From positions 1 through 64,000 of IMG/VR virus record IMGVR_UViG_3300042907_001518: DNA of 64,000 bases; one strand, 5' to 3'. Shown here in pieces: positions 41,025 to 50,617 of this stretch. A program made the translations under genes and the position numbers. Below the pieces are notes generated by a model. That model saw nothing but the letters and a program-made list of their open reading frames with translations, searched no databases and was not told the origin of the DNA. The stretch is from a virus. The number at the start of each line of letters is the position of its first letter. Positions within the stretch are counted from its first letter, which is position 1.

Positions 41025-43220
41025 TTACTTCGAAGAATACACCGTTTGATAAAAATAGGCTTTAGTATACTTTAATTCTTCTGTGTTAGGTGTTCGATCC
41101 ATTTCTCTGGCCACATTTTTAATTAGCTCATTATATTGGTGGCTTTTTAAGTTAATGTCAATACTATTGATAGTATTGAGTTTTGATAAAACTAGATCTT
41201 CGCTAATTGTGATTAGTGGTTCTAATGAAAAAAAGATTTTAGTTTTGGTAGCTTCTGCTTCGTCATATTCAGCGTTAGATAGACTACGCATATTTTTCTT
41301 GCCATAAAATTCTAGTAGATGTGGATTCAATACTTCTGAGATTTTATCTTGTGCTTCAATGGCCCAAAGTTGTAAAGATGCTCCGGTTTGAGGACTAAAT
41401 GTTTTAGTTTTTCTCTTTTCTGTATCTTTGCTATTTTTTGGACGGCCCTGCTGGGGTTGTCCCGGAGTTTTAGTGGATATTGGTTGACCACCACCAAATG
41501 GAGAACCACCAGTTGGTGTTTTCATTTCTAGTGCGCTTTTTTCGTTTGGTTTTTTACGATCCAAGTCTAAACCAACTTGACTAGGAGCAACAATACCAGT
41601 TTGTAAAGCAATCTTTTTAAGATTATCTTCAAGTTGTGGACTAAAGTAAGGACCAGCTTTTGGAACCATTCTTTCACTATCTCTTTGCTTGTTTTCTCTG
41701 TTGAGTCTGGTTTTCTCCATATCTGGATCAAAACCAAATACTCTTTGTAGTAATTCATCACTAACAATATTTCTATCTGCTAGTTGGATGAGCAGTGCCT
41801 TCTCTGCGTCTTCATTACTAAGATCCATTCTATCAAATTCAATTTTAGCTGGAAATCTAAATCCCATAGCCTTTTGTACTATAGCAATTTCTTGTTTCCA
41901 AAATGCCGTTAGTACTTTGCGACCATATTGTAGTCTTTGTGTTAGTGTTTTTAGACTGATAAAATTATTGGTAGTACCAGCAGCGCCATATGTGCCAGTT
42001 AGTGTTGGTGGAATACCAAGACCAGCATAAATACTATTTAAGTGAGGAGTATATTTGCCTTCACCTAGGAATTGATGGACTGATGTTTTACTTTCTATTA
42101 ACTCAAGATCTGGACCCCAAACAAGATCCATTGTGCCACCACCAACGTTACCTTGTAGAATACTGCTAAGTTTACTAGCAGCAGCTTGTGTTGGAGCAAT
42201 CTTGTGCTCAAGACTACCTAATTTAAAAATACGAATATTGCTAATAGCACCATCAAGAGCAGCCAAGTCTGCTAGTTTAAGTTTTTCAACAATAGCAATA
42301 TCATCCATGATACTATAGATCATTGGAAAGGCCCAGGTCTTCCAGTCATCTTTTTTATAATGGAATACCAATGTCTTTTCTGTATCAAGCAAATATGGTT
42401 TCTTGCTTTTGGCTGCTTCAATGATAGCGGATGGTAATTGATCTATGATTTTTTGCTCTGCTTCATTTTTTGGAGCATTAATAATTCTTCTAAGAGTTGC
42501 TGGTATTGTAATTGTATATGTTTTATCACCAACAAAAGAGGATAAAGAAGCACCAACCACATCCACAACCCTTGGATCAATAAAAGTATATTTCCAAGGA
42601 ATTTCTCTTTTTTCTACTCTGATTTCATCAGTGTTAATAACAAGATCTGGACTAGCAACACTCTTGTAAAGATTATCAGCAACCTTAACACTTATCTTAG
42701 CTGTTTGTCTATTCACAACAACATTACCAACCCTATATAGATTATTTAGAAAACGCTCGCTGCGTTCCTCACCCCTCACTTTTTCAAACCAATTTCTATA
42801 AAATCTTTCGATACGCTTATTTGGGTGAACTAGTCTAATGCCCTGAGAACCAAAGTCGCCCATAAGATCAACAACATTTTTTACCAAACCAACTCTGTTA
42901 TAGACTTGATCAGCCATAGCAAAAATGGCTTTTATTTCTGTGGGTATTGCTTCGTCTGGACGAAAATAGTCATAATCGCTTCTGGTGAGTCCTGGTCTAC
43001 CAGAGGTCAGTCCATCAAGATTCATGAAATTACGGAAACGGCTAGTCGCAGCAGTGGCCTTATTGGTCACTATTCCAAATTCTTCTAATCCTTTACTAGC
43101 TTCATTTAATGCTTCTTTTTTACTCTCTAGAGTATCATCCCATGTAACATACGCATTTTCAGGAATAATATTAGAAGCTGTTGGTATAGAATCGCTTTTT
43201 GGATATTTTTTTCTTGGCAT
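41025..43220 (-). CDS. Portal protein
   Basis: Large gene directly after the terminase; likely start MPRKKY at 43220. Confidence 0.75.
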   Translation of the reverse strand: MPRKKYPKSDSIPTASNIIPENAYVTWDDTLESKKEALNEASKGLEEFGIVTNKATAATSRFRNFMNLDGLTSGRPGLTRSDYDYFRPDEAIPTEIKAIFAMADQVYNRVGLVKNVVDLMGDFGSQGIRLVHPNKRIERFYRNWFEKVRGEERSERFLNNLYRVGNVVVNRQTAKISVKVADNLYKSVASPDLVINTDEIRVEKREIPWKYTFIDPRVVDVVGASLSSFVGDKTYTITIPATLRRIINAPKNEAEQKIIDQLPSAIIEAAKSKKPYLLDTEKTLVFHYKKDDWKTWAFPMIYSIMDDIAIVEKLKLADLAALDGAISNIRIFKLGSLEHKIAPTQAAASKLSSILQGNVGGGTMDLVWGPDLELIESKTSVHQFLGEGKYTPHLNSIYAGLGIPPTLTGTYGAAGTTNNFISLKTLTQRLQYGRKVLTAFWKQEIAIVQKAMGFRFPAKIEFDRMDLSNEDAEKALLIQLADRNIVSDELLQRVFGFDPDMEKTRLNRENKQRDSERMVPKAGPYFSPQLEDNLKKIALQTGIVAPSQVGLDLDRKKPNEKSALEMKTPTGGSPFGGGQPISTKTPGQPQQGRPKNSKDTEKRKTKTFSPQTGASLQLWAIEAQDKISEVLNPHLLEFYGKKNMRSLSNAEYDEAEATKTKIFFSLEPLITISEDLVLSKLNTINSIDINLKSHQYNELIKNVAREMDRTPNTEELKYTKAYFYQTVYSSK

Positions 43221-43271
43221 AATAGGTATTGTAATAGGTATTGTAATGGGTTTACTAAGTAAGTACACTAT

Positions 43272-45296
43272 TTATCGATAAATCCCACCATATATATTAG
43301 TGTTTGCGGCTTCTGTAAACCAGTTTGGTCCTTTATACATTTGACCGTTTGTTTTTCCAACATCAGCCAAATTATTACCAATAACATCAAATGTTGTTGG
43401 TTGTAAATTTCTGCTCATTTGACGTGCTAACATATTTGCTATTATTAAAGCACTATATCGGTCTTTTCTTAGTTTACCCCTTTTACCATTAGGAAGTTTA
43501 ACCTCTGGAGTGTCCCATCTATCTCTAGCATTTGGACCAGTACTAGTTTGACTCATAATAATAGTGGTTAATTCGTTCTTAAGTTCTTCTATTTCTAATA
43601 TGCATTCGCTTTCACAATCATATAAATTAGTAAGTTCTGTTGTCATAATATCTTTATTTTCTTTGTCTAAAGCAAGAGCGAGCGTTATCTGATCGAATCT
43701 TGGAAATAATAATATTTTATCTTCTAGATCTTTTCTTAATCCATGATTAGCTTGTGCTGTCCAATCTGCTCTCGCAAACTGTACTAACTCTAGGATATGT
43801 AATCCAGACTGATCATCAGTATCCTTGGACTTATTTATATCTATAATGGGCCAGATTAAAGATTCGCCTTCTTCTATTTTGCCTGGATCGTGAAGCGCTT
43901 CTTCTATAGCCACACCACCACCCTGAGCATCCATCCCTATTCTTGCACAAGGAAAGGTTCGCATTAGATTACGAATCTTGCGAGCACAAAATCCATAAAA
44001 GTCATGCTCGTTTACTAATCCGGTTTTTTGACGATCTTTAAAGTTTGATCTATTGGTTGTCCATCCGTATACAACCCTATTATGATCGGGATGAACCTCT
44101 AGTATAATTATACTAAAGTTATCTTTTTCACTCGCTGGATCAATTCCATAGACGTATTGAAGGTTAGCATTTCCCTTGGTACTAACATCAAACAACACAG
44201 GATTACCAGACATAACAATTGGTTTATTCTCATTTACCACACAACTTTCTATTAATGATCGACGGAAGAATCCATCACTATCTTCTGTGAAACATGCCGC
44301 ATATTCCATATTATAGATACCAGTATGAATCGTGGCTTTTGCTCGACTAACTTGTTTATCATCCATAAAACCCTTGGGAATAAGTTCGTATGGAACGCGA
44401 ACGATACTATAATCTTGCCAATTAAAGCTATCTGGAACTTCACCTTTAAAAATTTCCTCTAATTTATGTTTGTCTCCACGACTATTAATAATAGATTTGT
44501 ATCTTTTCCAATACTGAGAAAAATGTTTAAAGCTATAATCTGCGGTGCCAGCAATAATAGCTTGATTACCCTTTTTAATTTGTACTGCTTCTAATTCATC
44601 TGTCCATAATCCGGCTTGTCTCATAGCTGCTTTTTTCGCTTCTTCTTTAACGTTTTGGATTGGACTAGCACTCACAGCAGCGAAGCCTGATACTACTGTT
44701 TCATAAATGTCGGGAGATATTGATGCGAACTCGTCTGCGATGATAATGTGTGCTCTTAAACCTCTGATCTTACTACCGTCGCCCATAGGAACCGCGATTG
44801 TCCAACTCTCGCCCAGTCTCATTGTGCATCTATCAACATCTCGACGCGGACCATCATCGTTTCCATTAAAGATGCTGCGCAATATGGGACTATTACGCCA
44901 CAAAGTTTCCATATATTCGAATATGATTTTACTCTGTCTGAAAGCGGCACCAACCACAACTATTTTGGTTCCGGGAACGAGCATGCAACGTAACGTAGAA
45001 TATAGTGCCATTAAAAAGCTTTTACCAAAACCACGACTCGCCACGAACATGGGAAACGGACGAATCCAAAACTCTTGTAGTATAGCTATCTGAATAGGAT
45101 GAAGTTCTATATCAAATAATAGTTTCGCTGTAGTACCAAAATATTTAGGATCTTTTAATAGTCGTAATAAATGAAGATCAGGATTTTCTATATCTTCTTT
45201 GGATCTACCAAGCATATGATTGATAGGTATTTGTATTTTGCTAAGATCTCCAAGCCCTAGCCAAGCATCATCAAATGTTAGTATTTTTTGATCCAT
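43272..45296 (-). CDS. terL: Terminase large subunit
   Basis: Walker A ASRGFGKS, Walker B IIIADE, RNase H-like YGIDPA and KDRYSA motifs. Confidence 0.92.
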   Translation of the reverse strand: MDQKILTFDDAWLGLGDLSKIQIPINHMLGRSKEDIENPDLHLLRLLKDPKYFGTTAKLLFDIELHPIQIAILQEFWIRPFPMFVASRGFGKSFLMALYSTLRCMLVPGTKIVVVGAAFRQSKIIFEYMETLWRNSPILRSIFNGNDDGPRRDVDRCTMRLGESWTIAVPMGDGSKIRGLRAHIIIADEFASISPDIYETVVSGFAAVSASPIQNVKEEAKKAAMRQAGLWTDELEAVQIKKGNQAIIAGTADYSFKHFSQYWKRYKSIINSRGDKHKLEEIFKGEVPDSFNWQDYSIVRVPYELIPKGFMDDKQVSRAKATIHTGIYNMEYAACFTEDSDGFFRRSLIESCVVNENKPIVMSGNPVLFDVSTKGNANLQYVYGIDPASEKDNFSIIILEVHPDHNRVVYGWTTNRSNFKDRQKTGLVNEHDFYGFCARKIRNLMRTFPCARIGMDAQGGGVAIEEALHDPGKIEEGESLIWPIIDINKSKDTDDQSGLHILELVQFARADWTAQANHGLRKDLEDKILLFPRFDQITLALALDKENKDIMTTELTNLYDCESECILEIEELKNELTTIIMSQTSTGPNARDRWDTPEVKLPNGKRGKLRKDRYSALIIANMLARQMSRNLQPTTFDVIGNNLADVGKTNGQMYKGPNWFTEAANTNIYGGIYR

Positions 45297-45747
45297 ATTT
45301 TTCGTATATTCTTTTCATGATACTTACTGCGGTACGTTCAGCATTTTCAGCATCGCCACAGAATAGTATGTGAATGTTATGATTTAATTGAGCTTCTACA
45401 AGATACTTCATTATATAATTGCCACTAATTCTTAATTTATCCCACATCTTTTTTGGAATATCGCTGCCCACGGGAAACTGATAAATTTCTTCTAATTCAA
45501 ATTCCATAAGCATAAAACTGTGTGGTATTTGGCCCATTCTTTGCAACACATCTTTGAATCGACTTTCGCTTATATTATTAGCAATTTCACTAACGCTTCG
45601 TTTTCGCTCTATTGTGAAAATATTTTCGAATCCCACCATACTATAATCGCCCGTGTCTAGCTTTTGTTCGCTAGTGGTGTGAAAACCAAATTCCCACGGT
45701 ATTTGTTCTCGTGTATCCACGATAATAGTAAAAGGATCTCGTGTCAT
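45271..45747 (-). CDS. ERCC4 (XPF/Mus81)-type nuclease
   Basis: VDTREQ...GDY...IERK signature. Confidence 0.8.
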   Translation of the reverse strand: MTRDPFTIIVDTREQIPWEFGFHTTSEQKLDTGDYSMVGFENIFTIERKRSVSEIANNISESRFKDVLQRMGQIPHSFMLMEFELEEIYQFPVGSDIPKKMWDKLRISGNYIMKYLVEAQLNHNIHILFCGDAENAERTAVSIMKRIYEKYGSKNTNI

Positions 45748-46016
45748 TGATTCTTAAGTTTCTGTAATACTAAAGATAAGAAAAATCCTTCATAGTTTTC
45801 TTCGTTATCTTTAATTAGGTCATGATGAATTTTGCAGAGAGAAATTCCGTTGTTTGTATTGTATCGTAAGCCGGGAAAATCGGCCCACTTTTTAATATGA
45901 TGGGCGTGTATTTTCTTTTTGCTATTACAGTGTGGCCACTGACAGGTGTTTTTATCTCTTGTGCGAATATCCTGTCTCCATTTTTTATATTGAGGATCAT
46001 TATAGTTCCTGGTCAT
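45744..46016 (-). CDS. HNH endonuclease
   Basis: RD..CQ..C...HAHHI...NGISLCKIHH. Confidence 0.85.
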   Translation of the reverse strand: MTRNYNDPQYKKWRQDIRTRDKNTCQWPHCNSKKKIHAHHIKKWADFPGLRYNTNNGISLCKIHHDLIKDNEENYEGFFLSLVLQKLKNQ

Positions 46017-46824
46017 TAACTTCTAAAGCCTCTGGACTAAGTATGGGTGAGTCAACACTGTTATCAGCATATTGATGAAATTCGTGCAATGTTCGTTTAG
46101 CTTTTTCTGTGGCCAAGGCGATAATCTCCATTTCTCGTCCTTCTTTTTCTCTTATAGCTTCGTCTTCTAGCATTCGTATTAAACCAACCCAACTACTTTT
46201 ACCATCCTCTATTCTTTTAATGCGCTGTTCACGAGTGGCCTTTAAATCTTTGCTTATCTTTTGTTGTTCGTTTAAAAGTTTAGTATATTCATTAGTATAA
46301 CTAGCAATACTATTTCGTGCAAAATTTAATTGAGTTTCTAAGTTGGCTAATCGGGGAATATCTCTTTGATCCTCTGGCTTTTCATATTCTTTGTCTACTA
46401 ATTTTTGTAGTTTCTCGGTCTCGGCAATATGACGCTTTCGTTCTTTCATGCTACGATTAATTAATATATCAATAGTGATAAATTGTTTAATTTGAAGTTC
46501 TTCAGCGGGTAAAACGTCCTCTCGAAATTGTTTAATTAGGCCAACCCACGTATCCTCAAAATACTGTAACTCGCCCGTATCCTCATCAAACTGCCTCACC
46601 ACCTCGGTCCAGAAAGTTTTGCTGCGTAACTTGCGCTTGAGAATCTCGTTTTCGCTCTTGTCATCTAAGCTATAGAGTTGATTTTCATCAATATATCGTT
46701 TGATAGGATCCACATTGCGATTAAGAGTATCCGCAATATCTTCTATAGTTAATATGTTAATATTTTCAGTGATGAATTTTTCTTCATCTAAGCTGAGTTG
46801 TCCGCGTTTTTTAGCCATGATCAC
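46000..46824 (-). CDS. HTH plus coiled-coil protein, candidate terminase small subunit
   Basis: N-terminal IEDIADTLNRN HTH-like segment; upstream of terL. Confidence 0.4.
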   Translation of the reverse strand: MIMAKKRGQLSLDEEKFITENINILTIEDIADTLNRNVDPIKRYIDENQLYSLDDKSENEILKRKLRSKTFWTEVVRQFDEDTGELQYFEDTWVGLIKQFREDVLPAEELQIKQFITIDILINRSMKERKRHIAETEKLQKLVDKEYEKPEDQRDIPRLANLETQLNFARNSIASYTNEYTKLLNEQQKISKDLKATREQRIKRIEDGKSSWVGLIRMLEDEAIREKEGREMEIIALATEKAKRTLHEFHQYADNSVDSPILSPEALEVNDQEL

Positions 46825-47449
46825 TTATTATTTGTTTGAGTTTAATAGATAGTTTATCCATATCGCTTTTGCTAACTTTAGCGCCCCCTTTGACTCTTAA
46901 GTAAATTATACGATCTTCGCCAGTAAGATAGGTTTCACACAGTTTTAATATTTCGTTAGTCGCAATATTATTAAATAATGAACTTTCATCGCTACTAAAA
47001 GCGTTACCATAATCTTTAACTTCGTCTATTGTGGTAAGATGCATAAGATTCTTTTTGGTGTTGTTTCTATTAATCCAAGATGAATATAAGGAGCAATCAT
47101 CTTTGTTAGAGTATTCTTCACAAGCGCTGGTGCTTTTTTTGCAGTGAGGATCGTAGAGTGGACAACTCAAACATGGTTTGTCGGGCCTTTGATAATTGTC
47201 TCGTTTATAGTTAAACAACCGATTGCGAACGTGGGTCCATAAAAAGTTTTCTAGGGGCCTTTTGCTGTCGTAATTTTTTAATCCTTCCAGAGCAAAAATG
47301 CTGATTTGCTGTTTCATATCATCAAAGTCGTGATATCCAAATTTAAATTTATATGCTAATTTTTTTGCTATTATATCAACGATATTAAGAAATTCAGTTT
47401 CATCAACCTTCTTGTTCTGAGCTATTGTTTTCTTCGTTTTCTTTTTCAT
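46811..47449 (-). CDS. Phage-encoded sigma70-family-like factor
   Basis: Region 2-like DDMKQQISIFALEGLKNYD...FLWTHVRNRLFNYKR; Cys-rich insert. Confidence 0.65.
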   Translation of the reverse strand: MKKKTKKTIAQNKKVDETEFLNIVDIIAKKLAYKFKFGYHDFDDMKQQISIFALEGLKNYDSKRPLENFLWTHVRNRLFNYKRDNYQRPDKPCLSCPLYDPHCKKSTSACEEYSNKDDCSLYSSWINRNNTKKNLMHLTTIDEVKDYGNAFSSDESSLFNNIATNEILKLCETYLTGEDRIIYLRVKGGAKVSKSDMDKLSIKLKQIISDHG

Positions 47450-47561
47450 CTAGTAATTCTGCTATTGTTTTAGTGGGTTGTGCTTTTAGATCGTCTTCTA
47501 TATTTAGGTTTTCTTTAGCGGTAACGTGTAGTGTGCTGGGCGAAATGTTGTCAATATTCAT
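47403..47561 (-). CDS. Small hypothetical protein
   Basis: GAGG RBS before ATG 47561; first gene of the - strand arm. Confidence 0.5.
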   Translation of the reverse strand: MNIDNISPSTLHVTAKENLNIEDDLKAQPTKTIAELLDEKENEENNSSEQEG

Positions 47562-47640
47562 AAAAACCTCTTGCGTTAAAGTGACCAAAGTATACTATAT
47601 AATATGTTTCGTACACTTTTTGTCAAAAAAGGAAGATTTT

Positions 47641-47844
47641 ATGGCCACATACAAAAGATGGAATGATGCTGAACTTCAGTATATCAAAGATAACTTGGCT
47701 CTGTTTAGCGATGGTGAGTTAGCAACTAAGCTTAGTGAGATGACGGGCGAAACTGTTACTTATGGTATGATTCGTCGTCAACGTCGTAAGTTGGGTGTTA
47801 GCAAACCACGAGGCCGACGCAAGAAAAGTCAGGGATCACTATGA
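47641..47844 (+). CDS. Small HTH DNA-binding protein
   Basis: WNDAELQYIK...DGELA..LS...IRRQRRKLG; AAGGAAG RBS. Confidence 0.6.
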   Translation: MATYKRWNDAELQYIKDNLALFSDGELATKLSEMTGETVTYGMIRRQRRKLGVSKPRGRRKKSQGSL

Positions 47845-48137
47845 TGAAACTATGCGGATCAGCCGTTTTATTAATGTGTAGTATGGGAGCAGACTGGAAT
47901 GTTTATTATATGAGTCAACCAGTTCCGGTTGTGGCTCAACCACCAGTGGTTGTGGCTCATCCGTACTATACTCTAAATTATATGCCAGTGGTTAAGCAAG
48001 AGATTGTGATGGTGCCTGTGGTGCAGCAGGGTGTGGTTTATGGATACTACTATGATACTAGGTGGGTTCCTCAGCCAGCTCCGTGGGGACCGGATCCTTA
48101 TGCTCAATGGTTAAGATGCAGGTATTATAGATACTGA
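47841..48137 (+). CDS. Small Pro/Val/Tyr-rich protein, possibly secreted
   Basis: Hydrophobic N-terminus; PVV repeats. Confidence 0.5.
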   Translation: MMKLCGSAVLLMCSMGADWNVYYMSQPVPVVAQPPVVVAHPYYTLNYMPVVKQEIVMVPVVQQGVVYGYYYDTRWVPQPAPWGPDPYAQWLRCRYYRY

Positions 48138-48162
48138 AAAACTAGATAATAGTTTCACGATG

Positions 48163-48199
48163 AAAAGAGGCAAGGGTCATGGTGGCTCTTGCCTTTTTT
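48163..48199 (+). terminator. Rho-independent terminator
   Basis: AGGCAAGGGTCA-TGG-TGGCTCTTGCCT followed by a T run. Confidence 0.8.
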
Positions 48200-48316
48200 A
48201 TTTGGGGAAAGTGGCTATTAAACTGGTCAATTATATATGGTTGGCTTGTTGAGTGTGGACCACCGGGCGTTTTTCAGAAAAATCTGGCATTATCTACAGA
48301 AAACAAAAAAACCCCC

Positions 48317-48394
48317 TAACTCCTTGTGGCATAAAGACTTACGACATATTCTCCCCCGCTTTTGCGTCGTAACTCCTTACTGGGCAATGGTTTA
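48317..48394. repeat. Paired-palindrome element 1
   Basis: TAACTCCTT-GTGGCAT-AAAGACTTA, 28-bp linker, TAACTCCTT-ACTGGGC-AATGGTTTA. Confidence 0.9.
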
Positions 48395-48470
48395 CAACAA
48401 ATGTTGAGATACTCAGATTTTTTGCCTGATTTGGCACGCGATTATTTTTTATTTTTTCAAAAGATTTCTC

Positions 48471-48505
48471 TTGCAATCTAAAGAATACTCTGTATAATGC
48501 CGATA
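48471..48505 (+). promoter_or_regulatory. Sigma70-type promoter with GCCGATA box
   Basis: TTGCAA-16-TATAAT, then GCCGATA. Confidence 0.7.
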
Positions 48506-48539
48506 TAAGAAGAAGTAAGAAAGAAAGAAGGATAAGAAA

Positions 48540-48785
48540 ATGGTTTTCGAAACGCTGGACGATCTGAATCACTATATCTCGTATGCTGAACCGGATTCGA
48601 TCAACGGATTCCGAGTTGTTGGTGAATTGTTTGATGACTTGAGAGATACGGCTAACAGGGCTAGGGCTGATTGGTATCCTTTGTGCGATGCCTTCGGTTG
48701 CATGGAAGAGTATATGATGGGAGAAGGTGAGTACCTTGAGATAGATGCGAATGGAGTGATTATTAATTCTAGCGTATACTTCTGA
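48540..48785 (+). CDS. Hypothetical protein
   Basis: Purine-rich leader; follows a promoter. Confidence 0.65.
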   Translation: MVFETLDDLNHYISYAEPDSINGFRVVGELFDDLRDTANRARADWYPLCDAFGCMEEYMMGEGEYLEIDANGVIINSSVYF

Positions 48786-48845
48786 ACAGTATTGACAATC
48801 TAAAAATATTCGGTATAATTCAGACATAAGGAAGAGAGAAAGATA

Positions 48846-48995
48846 ATGACCATCCAAGTACAACACACCATTCGTCGCCTAGTTGCTCGCCACGGATATT
48901 CGGCCACGTTTGTTCAGCATATGGGCGAGGGTATTAGCCTGTACAGTATCGGTGGTATCATGTATCGTATTCGTGGTGATGGTACGATTCTCTAA
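48846..48995 (+). CDS. Small hypothetical protein (49 aa)
   Basis: Promoter TTGACA 48792/TATAAT 48814; stop TAA is the first triplet of element 2. Confidence 0.6.
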   Translation: MTIQVQHTIRRLVARHGYSATFVQHMGEGISLYSIGGIMYRIRGDGTIL

Positions 48996-49070
48996 GTTGT
49001 TACAGCATAAGGGCTTAGGGTAAGGCGGGCGGGCCAAATTCGTCGTAAGTACTTACCACACAACGACTTA
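48993..49070. repeat. Paired-palindrome element 2
   Basis: TAAGTTGTT-ACAGCAT-AAGGGCTTA / TAAGTACTT-ACCACAC-AACGACTTA, 53-bp period. Confidence 0.9.
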
Positions 49071-49201
49071 TGACTACTAAATAATTATTCTATTTGGCAT
49101 GAAATTATATTTGAGAAAATCCAAAGATTTCCCTTGCAATGGTCGATAATATCTGTATAATAAGAGCACAAGAGAAAAGGAAAGAGAAAAAGGAAAAGAA
49201 A

Positions 49202-49399
49202 ATGACAATCGAAGTTTTTGACAATCAGAAGATGACCATCGGATTTGTGAAGAGCCAGAATCAAATTGAAGGAATGAATATGGTTCGCCAGTATTTCCCC
49301 AACGTGGGAAGTGTGGACGGTCAGAGTTACCTTCCGACCAATGATAGCCGTTGCAAGATGATTGTCCCTAATGTTTACTCTTGGGAGATTGTTCGATGA
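49202..49399 (+). CDS. Small hypothetical protein (paralog of 50618-50803)
   Basis: IEVF...TIGFV...FP.V..V...LP..D.RCK.I..NVY.W shared. Confidence 0.7.
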   Translation: MTIEVFDNQKMTIGFVKSQNQIEGMNMVRQYFPNVGSVDGQSYLPTNDSRCKMIVPNVYSWEIVR

Positions 49400-49584
49400 A
49401 TAATCTAGATAAGATTTTCTGTGCTATGCGAAGCGGTAAGTATGGTAGCGTATTAGATACTAAGGGAAATGTTCATGCTGGCATTATCAACTCTATCATG
49501 AAGGAAGATGGTAGCGGTAAGAATTGGATTGTGACGGTATATAATCGCACGGCCAAGAATACGGTTTTCATTCACGCTAAGTAA
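49396..49584 (+). CDS. Small hypothetical protein
   Basis: Start overlaps upstream stop; INSIMKEDGSGKNWIV. Confidence 0.65.
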   Translation: MNNLDKIFCAMRSGKYGSVLDTKGNVHAGIINSIMKEDGSGKNWIVTVYNRTAKNTVFIHAK

Positions 49585-49594
49585 GGGAATATAA

Positions 49595-49702
49595 ATGTTT
49601 GATATTAATATAGATTGGATGTGGATGGGTGTGGGATTTGTTGTTGGCATTGGTTGCTCTTGGCTTGTTTCTGACTTGGTTTTTTCTATAAGGAAGAAGT
49701 AA
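49595..49702 (+). CDS. Very small membrane protein
   Basis: 35 aa, one hydrophobic segment and an RKK tail. Confidence 0.45.
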   Translation: MFDINIDWMWMGVGFVVGIGCSWLVSDLVFSIRKK

Positions 49703-49773
49703 ATGAATAATAATATTCTGTTTGGCATATGCTTTGCTTGTGGTTGTGTGTTGACATATGTTATCTCTTGACG

Positions 49774-49851
49774 TAAGATGTTGAGGGATAACGACTTAGG
49801 GCTAATCGGGCGGCGATTTCTTTACCTAAGTACTTGCAGCATATAGAGTTA
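49774..49851. repeat. Paired-palindrome element 3
   Basis: TAAGATGTT-GAGGGAT-AACGACTTA / TAAGTACTT-GCAGCAT-ATAGAGTTA. Confidence 0.9.
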
Positions 49852-50016
49852 CAGCTAATCTAGACGGCTAGCAAACCCTATGCCATAACTGTACGAATAT
49901 GGTAGGATTTGTGTCAAATTCTCTTGACATAAAAATCTCTAGATTTCTCTTGCAAATTAAAGATTCGTCTGGTATAATGTCGATATAAGAGTAAGAGAGA
50001 AAGAAAGAGAAAGAAG

Positions 50017-50163
50017 ATGATGAATAAGACTATGAAGAATGCAAGTAAGAGAATCAAGAATCTTGAGATTCGTGAAAAGGCATACGCTATGCCGATTGTT
50101 GTTAAGGATATGAAAGTGAATGATGAAATGGTTCGTAAGTTTTTTGAAAGCATGAAGGGTTAA
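50017..50163 (+). CDS. Small basic hypothetical protein
   Basis: Follows promoter TTGCAA 49950/TATAAT 49973. Confidence 0.55.
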   Translation: MMNKTMKNASKRIKNLEIREKAYAMPIVVKDMKVNDEMVRKFFESMKG

Positions 50164-50167
50164 TAAA

Positions 50168-50368
50168 ATGAATAGCAAAAGACTCGAAACTAAGTTGAAT
50201 AAGTTGGGATATAGCCTCTCCAAGAATGGGGATTTTTGGGTAATCAAGGCAGGATCAGACTACCCTGCATTTGCCCGCTATTGCGTTGATTTGACCGCTG
50301 TTCAGACGTTCATCACCGATGAGCAAGCGATGAAAATGTATCGGTCTGGTCGTTCGATTCCGGCTTGA
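50168..50368 (+). CDS. Small hypothetical protein
   Basis: Ends 2 bp before element 4. Confidence 0.6.
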   Translation: MNSKRLETKLNKLGYSLSKNGDFWVIKAGSDYPAFARYCVDLTAVQTFITDEQAMKMYRSGRSIPA

Positions 50369-50370
50369 TA

Positions 50371-50448
50371 TAAGTCCTTGCTGCTACAGCACTTAGGACG
50401 AGCCGGCGCCGCCGAATTTGACGTAACTCCTTTAGTACCAATACTTTA
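50371..50448. repeat. Paired-palindrome element 4 (solo box also at 50508-50532)
   Basis: TAAGTCCTT-GCTGCTA-CAGCACTTA / TAACTCCTT-TAGTACC-AATACTTTA. Confidence 0.9.
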
Positions 50449-50617
50449 CGACTATTTTTTCACGAAACCATGTGTCCATTGGAACGATGAAAAATATCTT
50501 TTCGACCTAAAGCCTTACAACATAAAGACTTAGGAAAAATCTAAAAATCTTTTAAAGATAGAATTTGACTTTAGCCGATAACTAAGATATAATTCAGCAT
50601 AAGAAAGAGAGAATGAA

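Noticed and set aside
43221-43247. Short tandem duplication AATAGGTATTGT x2 in the portal leader
   Set aside because: Only two copies; no evidence of function.
43272-45296. Intein or intron in terL
   Set aside because: The ORF is continuous with ATPase and nuclease motifs in order; no intein splice motifs or LAGLIDADG blocks were recognised.
101-47449. Alternative genetic code (stop-codon reassignment)
   Set aside because: The standard code gives long, tightly packed ORFs ending in TAA, TAG and TGA, and no suppressor tRNA was seen.
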